The translations under genes were made by a program, and so were the position numbers. Below, piece by piece: positions 1 through 23,118 of a DNA stretch of 64,000 nucleotides. Each line of letters opens with the position of its first letter. The stretch's first letter is position 1. The stretch covers positions 773,792 to 837,791 of the forward strand of contig JAWQFM010000014.1 of the NCBI GenBank assembly GCA_033442325.1, in the 5' to 3' direction. The notes under the pieces are model-generated. The model made no database searches. It saw only the letters and a program-made list of their open reading frames with translations, and was not told the DNA's origin. This stretch comes from Salpingoeca rosetta (lineage: Eukaryota; Protista; Choanoflagellata).

Positions 1-107
1 AGGGGAGACAAGTTTGAAAGGGCATACAGCCTGACCAAACTCGCACAAGCACACATAGACACATAGGCACAGACACACTGGCACAGATAGACACACACAC
101 GCACACA

Positions 108-1655
108 TCAGCATCCTGGGTTGATCATGAGGACGGACTCAGCATCATGCGGAATGCCGTAGATGAGGCCGTTCTTCTGGGCGAGGACGCCATCATACCA
201 TTTGTTGTCGCCGCCAAGATGAGTGAGGGTTGTTGTGTCGGTGGCGTTGGTGGCTGGATCGAAGATGAGAACTGATGAGGAGCCATGTGGGATGCCAATG
301 ATGTTACCGTTGCGTGCAAGCACGCCACCCACCCACCTTGCGGAGGTAGCTGTATCTGCAACAACGAGCTCGTCGGTAGCGTTCGTGGCTGGATTGATGA
401 CGAGTATCGTTGCAGAGTAGGCTGGAATGGTGTAGATGAGGCCATTGCCTGCCAGCACTCCACCATACCACTTGTTGTTCGTGCCAAGGCCATTGATAGT
501 AGTGAGGTCCATCGTCAGGGACTCTGGGTTGATGATGAGGACATTTGCTGCCGCACGTGGCGTGCAGTAGATGAGGCCGTTGTCTGCTTGCGCACCGCCG
601 TACCATTTGTGCATTTGGCTCGACAGCCCAGACAATGTGGTGATGTCGGCTGTGTTGGTGTCGGGATCGATGATCAGCACAGAAGTGGCAAAGTACGGGA
701 TGCCGAAGATAAAGCCGTCGCTGGCCACCACGCCACTAATCCACTTGTGGCTGCCAGAACCAAGCGAGTGGATGCTTGATGTGTCCGCGGCGTTGGTGTC
801 TGGGTCGATGATGAGCATTGACTGTCTTGTTGATGCAAACATATAAATGAGGCCGCTGTGAGCCAGGACAGCACCGGCCCATTTGTCTGTGCCCGTTCCA
901 AGTCCGGAGATTGCGGTCGTATCGACAATGTTCGTGTTCGGGTCTATGATGAGCACAGAGGGCGAGTTTCGAGGTGCGGCGTAGATCAGGCCGTTGTTGG
1001 CCAATACACCTCCAATCCATTTTCCACCTTGAGAGCCAACTTGCTCAAACGTCCTAGCTCGTCTTTTAAGTTGGCAGAGGTCGGCGTTGATGCTCTGCTG
1101 CGCTGACACAGCGCTCTGCACTGAAGTGATGGTGCTCTGCTGCGCTGACACAGCGCTCGACAGCGAATTGATAGTGCTCTGCTGGGCATTGGTTGTGCTC
1201 TGCTGGGCCGACGTGGTGCTCTGCTGGGCATCGATGGTGCTCTGCTGCGCTGACACGGTGCTAAATAGCGAATTGATAGTGCTCTGCTGGGCATTGGTTG
1301 TGCTCTGCTGGGCCGACGTGGTGCTCTGCTGGGCATCGATGGTGCTCTGCTGCGCTGACACGGTGCTAAATAGCGAATTGATAGTGCTCTGCTGGGCATT
1401 GGTTGTGCTCTGCTGGGCCGACGTGGTGCTCTGCAGCGTGTCCACCGTTTCAAACAAGGTGCCCGTTGTCTCGAACAGCCCATTGACATTCGCGCCATTC
1501 ACGAACACAGGCTGGCTCATGGGGTCGCTGGTGTTAATGTGGAACGCCCCCACTTCATCCTCCTCAAGCGTCACCTCTCCAAGGCAGATGAACGGCATCG
1601 CCAACAACACGGGAAGCAGTAGCACATGTGCCTGCAGGCACCCAGTCCTCATCAT
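108..1655 (-). CDS. Intronless secreted protein: signal peptide, heptad (QQSTxxA) coiled-coil stalk, 7-bladed beta-propeller
   Basis: 515-aa ATG..TGA ORF with a hydrophobic N-terminus (HVLLLPVLLAMPFICLG). Seven ~45-aa repeats with consensus KWxGGVLAxNGLIYxIPxxxxxVLIIDP lie at 108-1023. No TM anchor. Confidence 0.85.
   Translation of the reverse strand: MMRTGCLQAHVLLLPVLLAMPFICLGEVTLEEDEVGAFHINTSDPMSQPVFVNGANVNGLFETTGTLFETVDTLQSTTSAQQSTTNAQQSTINSLFSTVSAQQSTIDAQQSTTSAQQSTTNAQQSTINSLFSTVSAQQSTIDAQQSTTSAQQSTTNAQQSTINSLSSAVSAQQSTITSVQSAVSAQQSINADLCQLKRRARTFEQVGSQGGKWIGGVLANNGLIYAAPRNSPSVLIIDPNTNIVDTTAISGLGTGTDKWAGAVLAHSGLIYMFASTRQSMLIIDPDTNAADTSSIHSLGSGSHKWISGVVASDGFIFGIPYFATSVLIIDPDTNTADITTLSGLSSQMHKWYGGAQADNGLIYCTPRAAANVLIINPESLTMDLTTINGLGTNNKWYGGVLAGNGLIYTIPAYSATILVINPATNATDELVVADTATSARWVGGVLARNGNIIGIPHGSSSVLIFDPATNATDTTTLTHLGGDNKWYDGVLAQKNGLIYGIPHDAESVLMINPGC
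1087..1435 (-). repeat. Coding tandem repeat: 21-bp heptad units in a 105-bp higher-order repeat
   Basis: QQSTTSA-QQSTTNA-QQSTINS-LFSTVSA-QQSTIDA occurs twice plus a partial copy, with near-identical DNA. Confidence 0.9.
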
Positions 1656-2415
1656 CAGCGCCTTCTCCCTCCTTCTCGCTTCCTTCTTGTCGTTTGTCCT
1701 GAGGACAGATGGGTGGTCGTCTTCTTCAATCCGCTTGAGAAGAAAGGGACCAAAATCATCACAGAATGATTATGATGTGTTGTGTTGTGGTTTTTGCTGT
1801 TTCGTGTGCCTTTTCGTGAGGGTGAGTGCTTGAGTGTGCACGCCAGCAGGCCAGCTGCACACAGCATGGACGCTCAGGTTCCCAGCGACGGTAGCAATGT
1901 CGTCCACCTCTAAGGGTGTGCCTGACGTTACTTCCAATACATCAACTCGCACCCATTCCAGGCGAGAGAAACTATGTCACCATGAATGGGTCCAGCGAAG
2001 GAGTGCGAGCACGTGTTGTTCTGTCACTCGACTCCACGATACACAAACACACAAGCGAGGGATTGAGGGAAATATAATGGCAGGAAGGCAGGAAGTGGAC
2101 GCGAGGCTGCCATTGCCAACAAGCGAAGTACAGGGCTAGGGCTCCACGTCGACTGTCGGTGTCTCGTGCACAGAACGTTGTAGCTGGTTCTGAAGCAAGC
2201 GCACAAGAATCATTTTCAAGCCAATTGAAGTCGAAGCACGACGGCGGCGACGAGCAGCAGCAGTGGCTGCATTTGTTCCTCGTGGCGTAAATGTCGTCCA
2301 TGTCATGATGGTCACGCGTGAAGGGCTCGTGCCCACGACGGTCGCTGACTCCTTCCTGCGGCATGCCAGCCCAGCCACGCTGTGCGTCTTGGTTGCGACC
2401 AAAAGCCATACTCAC

Positions 2416-4566
2416 TCAGTACTTGCCCCTGCAGTGTTGCACCACGTGCGCAACAGTCTCCGGCGACGACACGGCCAGGAGCACGTGCTCCATGTAGTTG
2501 TGCAGCATCAGCGTGCGTGCATCCACATGCATGCTGCCAATTTCTCTTCCAATTGCTTCCCCGCGCTGTGACGACGAGTTTCGGTGACATGAAGGCATGA
2601 GCGATGGCAACACAGCCCTGATGTGAGCGACGGTGCATGCGCAGTGTGGGCTCGTATGAAACAGACGCAAAGCGGAACGCAGTCGCAGCAGTCAGTCAAG
2701 ACACAACAACAACAACAACAACAACAACTTAAACAACAACAACAACAACAACACCACTACCACCACCACCACCACCACCTCGAGTAGCCGCTCAGTGTCG
2801 ACGGCTTGGTTCAATTCCTGGCTATTGCACAGCCCTCGAATGCGCTCAATCTGCATAGAAATGAGCGCATGCACACGTGTTCAGGAGCATCAGGATTTGC
2901 GTTTGTGCATGTCACAGTGGCCATGCGAACACCAAGAGCGCCGACACACACACACACACAGACAGACAGACACACACAACCCTCACGTCCTGTTGTGGTG
3001 CGAGCTTGAGTGAATTTGAGGCGAGCAGGTGGTGATATCTTTGGGTGTACACGGCTTCACCACAGCTGCGTCCCTGTGCACGCATACACACAGCGTGGAG
3101 GAACAACAGCGCAGAGTGCAGCAGCTGTGCCCGACTCCACGTCGCCTCCAACGGCACCTGTCCACGCACGTACAGAAACACACGTGAACACCAAACTGAT
3201 ACATCAACACGCGCACAGACAGACACACAGACGCGCAACACACACATTTACACACATTTACACACATTTGCACATTTGCACACATTTACACACAAACTTT
3301 TACACTCACACACGTTTACACACTCACTCACACAGACACACAGACAGACACACACACACACACACACACAATCGACTGCATAAGCCACACCGGCTTACCG
3401 GCTGCTGGTAGATGGCGTGAATGTCAACGTACTCCGGCGCATCCGTCCACACGTTGAAGGAAATGGAGTCCGACAAGGTCGTCACACTGCCGCCACACAC
3501 CCACAAGCACACATATGAAACACAGTGCAAGGAAGGGACTACGCCGTGTCCGTTGGTCACCGACAGCACTCTCGTATCGAGGAACAAACACACACCCATG
3601 CACATGCACAAACACACACACATGCACGCAGCACAAACACACATGCACGCAGCACAAACACACATGCACGCAGCACAAACACACATGCGCAGCTTACTGG
3701 TGAAACCACATGGGCGGCACGACGAGCACATCTCCGGGAACAACGTCTGCGACAAACACGTTGAGTCCCTCGTGTTGGGAGAGATCAGCGTCGTTAAGGA
3801 TGTCCACTGCAAGATGGCCAATGTGTGGGTGCAGGCAAGGGTAGAGTGGCAGTGACGTGTTGGGTGGGAAGAGGGTGAAGCGCTTGCAGCCTTTGATCTG
3901 CACGAAGAAGTTCCAGCTCGCATCGTAGTGGGTGTGGGTGACGATGCCTGCGTTGCCTAGCCACAGGTTGGCCTGCTCGCCCGTGTCGGCGATGGCGAGG
4001 GGCCCCAGAGGCGCTTCCGTGTCCATCTCGGGCCAGAACTCGCGCAAAAGCTGCGTGCGTGCTGAGAAGTAGAGCCAGCGTTCGCGGGTTGGCACAGCGC
4101 ACGCGTGTCGCAGCCATGGCTGCCTCGCGTAAGGGACACATGCCATTGTGTCGTCCTTGAAGAGGGCGGCTGTGGAGGCGTTGCGCTTGACGTTGAAGTC
4201 ATGCCACTGCGCGTCACGCAGCACGGGTTCCAGCGGCTTGTTGTCGTGGAACGTGATGAAGGTGTTGTGTGGATGCGCTTGCTCATACACGGGGACGACA
4301 GGCAAGCGGCTGGCGATGTGCGACAGGTTCCACCGCATGGCTGGCCAGTTGTGCGCCTGCACCACACTTGCGTTTCTCAGCAGCACAGGCACCCTGAGCT
4401 CCGCAAGCGTTCTGAACTCCTCGCGTGATCTTGGCTCCGCAAACGACTCACCATCGCACACCCTTGGCTCCACTGCCACCATGTGCACATACGGCCGCTG
4501 TGTCGTCAACCAGACAAACCATGCCACAACGAGGAGCACCACAAGCCCCACACCACATCGTCGCAT
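2416..4566 (-). CDS. JmjC/cupin-8 Fe(II)/2-oxoglutarate oxygenase with N-terminal signal anchor (multi-exon; 3' end uncertain)
   Basis: ATG 4566 starts MRRCGVGLVVLLVVAWFVWL. Exon 1 (to 3698) has NLWLG..HTHYDASWNFFVQIKGCKRFTLFPP..PGDVLVVPPMWFHQ and splices to VTTLSDSISFNVW. Later exons are near 2985-3160, 2780-2850 and 2416-2590. Confidence 0.8.
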
Positions 4567-4698
4567 GCCTCCTGCTGGTTGTTGGTTGTCGTGTGTCTGC
4601 GTTGTTTGAATTTCGCTGCTGCTTCTTCGCAACCGCAAACACAAACAAGAAGAGGCTGCACCGACGGTTATCGAGTGCACAAGCAGAACGCCAAGGTG

Positions 4699-8499
<3,801 letters not shown>

Positions 8500-8710
8500 C
8501 GTAGGTGTATCTGTGAAGTGTATGCCCCATGTGTGTGTATCTGCACTGTGTGCGCGCGTGCGTGTGAGTGTGTGTGTATCTGCGACGTGTGCGATTGCTT
8601 GCAGGCCTCCATTGACTGGTGTGTTGCTTTCGACTTTGTACATATGAGAGTTGATCAGGGAATATACAGCCACAAACCATATATGACAGCCGCGTAAGGC
8701 TGACTGGAAA

Positions 8711-8769
<59 letters not shown>

Positions 8770-8788
8770 GACCAAGCAGAGTGGGCAA

Positions 8789-18610
<9,822 letters not shown>

Positions 18611-19215
18611 CCCTTCCTCAAGACCGCACCTGTGGGTTGGTGGTTGCCATTGTTTTGCTTCGTTGTTGTTGCTTTGTTGTTTGTGGCGAAAACGTTTCTG
18701 TGTTGTGTTGTTGTTTCATTCATCGCGGTCCACTTCGAATGTCGCATGTTGGACCGTTCGCTTTCCAGACACACGCCATACGCCACATGACACGAGCAAA
18801 GGGCTACGAGTCTCGTTCACTCTCTCTCTAGAATAACACACGAAAAGGAGAAGGAACAAGCAGTTGTTGCCGCACACGCATATGGGGCGCAGCACAACTG
18901 TACACACGAAACAAACGTGCACAAGCATTCTCCAACTCGCACACAAGAGCACAGCTACCATTGGAAACACAAGAAGCACGGGAAGCAAGATGAGAGGGGC
19001 AGTGGACGAGGAACACACCAGGGCAACCAAAGCGAATGCCAGCGTAACAAGGGGGAAAAGGGTGCATGCACAGGCAAGTCAAAGCAGGCACGCATGCGTA
19101 GACAGAAGGAAAGCAGAGCAAACAAATGTGAGAGAGACAAAACAGAACGAGGGGACAATGGGGATCGGATGCCGCCACCAAAAAGCAGGCGGTACATCAC
19201 TCACTATAGCCACAA

Positions 19216-19287
<72 letters not shown>

Positions 19288-19425
19288 GCACAAAATCACA
19301 GAAACAGCATCGAGGAAGCAATGCTTGCTTCATGGATGCTTGATTAATCACCAAGACCGTATTTCAGGCCAAACAACAGGCCAAACAGAACACACCAATG
19401 ACACATGCGCCAGCGACACCACCAA

Positions 19426-21412
19426 TCACACGCAAGGCAGCACGACGTGCACAGAAAAAAAACAAAACAAGTGATCAGCGAGGGCGGGTATTGCTGGGGG
19501 GGGGGATGATGTTCCTGACAAGCTATCACGACCTGTGTGTGCAGAACATAGGGCGATGCAACAATGAGCTTGAGAGACGGGAAAAAACGAGAAAGGAGAC
19601 GGAGGGGCAAAGAAGGAAAAGGAGAAAGGGAGGAGACATTTCACACATGCACACGTGCACAGACAAACAGACACACAGACACACACAGACACAAGCAACG
19701 TACGCATTTCTGAGTGGGGATGGTTTGGAGGGGGCTGCGGTTTGGGCCTGGCTTCCGTTTGCGGTCATGTCACCACTGCTGCGAAGATTGAGGACGCGGC
19801 TGTACTGCACAGCGCTCGATGTGGACCCCCGATTCGGCATGCGCCGGTCCATCGACGGACTCCTCTGGTCACGCACCGCCCGCTCCTGTGGCCGTGCACG
19901 CATTGTGCGTGTGTATGTGTGTATGTGCGCGCGCGTGTGTTGAGCGGTGCAGTTGTCGATGACACTGCCTCAACCAGAGAACGCATGTATGCAAGCACGA
20001 CTGTCGTTGCAAGCAGACCACCCACCCACACACACACGCACACACACACACACATGCCGTACCGACTGCTTGAGGAGGTTGAGTGTTTTGACGGAGACAG
20101 CGCCGCTGTTTCGCGGCAACTGTCGTCTCTTGCGGAACCACCTGTGCACCGACAATCCCCACCACAATGCGACGGTCACGCGACGTAAGACAACCAAACA
20201 ACGAACCCGAGCAAGTACGGCTGCATTCTCTACACTTGGCTACACTTGGCTATACTGTCTTCGCCTCCGCACTCCATCCACCCATCTCCTCGTGTCTCCA
20301 CCACCACCGGCTACAATGCCGCCCCACATCGACATCCCCACCCCCCTCTCCCTTCGGCGCATGCACATGTGCGCACCTGAACCTGCGCCGCCTGCGACCC
20401 GAGATTGCCTTCTGATAATCGACGCGTGCCGTGTCCTCGTCAAGCTGCTGTGCCGCCTCCAGCACGGGCACGGGCACAGTGCCAACCTGGTCAGCATGCC
20501 TGGTGCGTCGCGCCACGCATGGTGTGTATTGGGCGCGTGAGCAACAGTACAGTGGAGTACAGTACAGTAGAGTGCAGTACAGTACAGTACAGACAGACAG
20601 ACAGACAGACACACACACACACACAGACAGACAGACACACACACACACGTTCATACGCTCTCCCCATCTCTCTCACACTCTCTTGCTCTTGTGCAATGCA
20701 GGCACATGCACGACCACGACCATCAGCAGCAACGCACTCGATCAAGAGGGCAGTGATGCCGACGCAGGACGCGTGGTTGGCGAGCTCGCGTGGAGACGTG
20801 ACATCGGAATCGTCGAGGGGCTTGATCAGGTTTGGTGCCAGGATGGAGGCGAGCGCATCAATCGTCATCTGGGTGCTGTCCTGCTGCGCAATGTCCCGAA
20901 ACAGCAGCAGCAAGAAGCTAGTGGTGACAGCAGCATATGCAGTGTTAAGTGAGTGAGTGAGTGAGTGAGTGAGTGAGTGAGTGAGTGAGTGAGTGAGTGT
21001 GTGAGTGGGTGAGTGAGTGAGTGAGTGAGTGAGTGAGTGGGTGAGTGAGTGAGTGAGTGAGTCAGTGAGTGGGTGAGTGAGTGAGTGAGCGAGTGGGTAG
21101 TACATCCAGAGAAGGGGGGGGGAAGTGCAATGGTGACAATCACAATGTCCACAGCAGGCGCTACCTGAGAGTGTGTAAGTGTTCCTTTGGCAGCAATAAA
21201 CAAAGCATGAAGATGGCGCTGTGTTGGACTTCCAAGTCCTGCACACATGTGCGAATGAACATGGCCAGTCTTTGAGCAACAGCGTCCACTCAGATTTGAT
21301 TTGGTTTGATGACACCAGCCAAACACAGACACACACACACAAGACGCAGACACAGACACAGACACAGACACACAAACACACACACAGACACAGACACACA
21401 CACACAGACACA

Positions 21413-21451
<39 letters not shown>

Positions 21452-21864
21452 CAACACACGNNNNNNNNNNNNNNNNNNNNNNNNNNNNNNNNNNNNNNNN
21501 NNNNNNNNNNNNNNNNNNNNNNNNNNNNNNNNNNNNNNNNNNNNNNNNNNNNNNNNNNNNNNNNNNNNNNNNNNNNNNNNNNNNNNNNNNNNNNNNNNNN
21601 NNNNNNNNNNNNNNNNNNNNNNNNNNNNNNNNNNNNNNNNNNNNNNNNNNNNNNNNNNNNNNNNNNNNNNNNNNNNNNNNNNNNNNNNNNNNNNNNNNNN
21701 NNNNNNNNNNNNNNNNNNNNNNNNNNNNNNNNNNNNNNNNNNNNNNNNNNNNNNNNNNNNNNNNNNNNNNNNNNNNNNNNNNNNNNNNNNNNNNNNNNNN
21801 NNNNNNNNNNNNNNNNNNNNNNNNNNNNNNNNNNNNNNNNNNNNNNNNNNNNNNNNNNNNNNNC

Positions 21865-21908
<44 letters not shown>

Positions 21909-22688
21909 CAGTCGTTCGCACGCACCTCGGTACGACGAGCCCATCCACGTCTTCAGTTGCACCTTTTGCTACCAGCTCAATCAGCGGAACACCGAACACC
22001 TGGCCTGACGGCAATGGCGTTGTTCTTTGTCCAGCCAACTGCAACGCACAGCATGAAGGCGTGCGACCGAGCTCGATGAGCAATAGCTGCTCTTTGGTGC
22101 ATCAAGTTGATGCGCAACCACAACCTCGATCACACACATCGGCAGGTACACAGACACACAGACACACAGGCGCACAGACACACAGACACACACACACACA
22201 CACACACACGCACCCACAGACACAGACACACACAGACACACACAGACACACATCCACACGCACCCACAGACACTGACACAGACACAGACACACACCTTTG
22301 TGTCTTTTCTGCATAGCCTTCCAACGTTCACTTTGAGTGCCTTCAATTCCCGCACCACTGCCAGCTTGAGGCGAACGTCATCCGGATCCATCTGTGCAGT
22401 TGATCCTCTGTATCATGCACACACATACACCCACTCAAACAACGACACGCCCAGCGGACGGTTCCCTCTGGCTCTTGCCTACACCGACACAGACAGACAT
22501 ACATACAGACAGACAGACCCAGACACCCAGACACACACCACACCACACACACACACATAGGCACACATACACGCACAGACACAAACAAATAGGCACAGAC
22601 ACACATACACACACACACAGACACAAACACGCACAAGGTGGTCATAAGCGGAGGTGAGTACGCCAGCATCACAAGTTTTCCCCGACAT
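19426..22688 (-). CDS. ARHGAP11A: ARHGAP11-like Rho GTPase-activating protein (multi-exon; part of GAP domain in gap; ends approximate)
   Basis: [23 protein letters not shown] (ARHGAP11-type N-terminal helix), [34 protein letters not shown]|[32 protein letters not shown], and post-[17 protein letters not shown]. Confidence 0.65.
21461..21863. other. Assembly gap inside the RhoGAP domain
   Basis: Run of N. Confidence 1.
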
Positions 22689-23118
22689 TGCGGTGACGGA
22701 GGACAAGGAGGATCAACAGACGTTCGTCATGCACCACCACCACTCACCAAGCAAGCCAGCCAGCAAACAAACAAGCAAGCGTTGCCAATCTCACAGCCCA
22801 AAACGGCAAATGCCAACGTGGGCTTACCACCAACACTAAAACGAAGCCACCCTCGCTCCCTCACAGCCACAGGGTGCGATGCGTTGTGCGCAATGGAAAG
22901 AAGGACAGGATAGAGAGGGGAGGGAGGAGGCCGAAGGTGGAAGGTGGTGTGGGTGGACGGATTGGATTGGACAGGCGGAGGGTTGTTGGGCGGTGGCCGT
23001 GTTGTGGGCCAGCGATTTTTTTTTTTCCAGTTTGGCTTCTTGTTTTCTTTCAAAAATTGTTGATGCAGATTCGATGCTCGTTTAATCGAAATCACAAGCG
23101 CAAGCAAGCGAAGTCAAC

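Noticed and set aside
1770-2415. Extra 3' exons of the JmjC gene, or a separate small gene
   Set aside because: No recognisable motifs, and an in-frame stop at 2416 already ends the preceding exon; cannot be supported without transcripts.
3617-3690. 21-bp intronic tandem repeat (CACACATGCACGCAGCACAAA)x3
   Set aside because: Ordinary microsatellite-derived slippage next to a splice donor.
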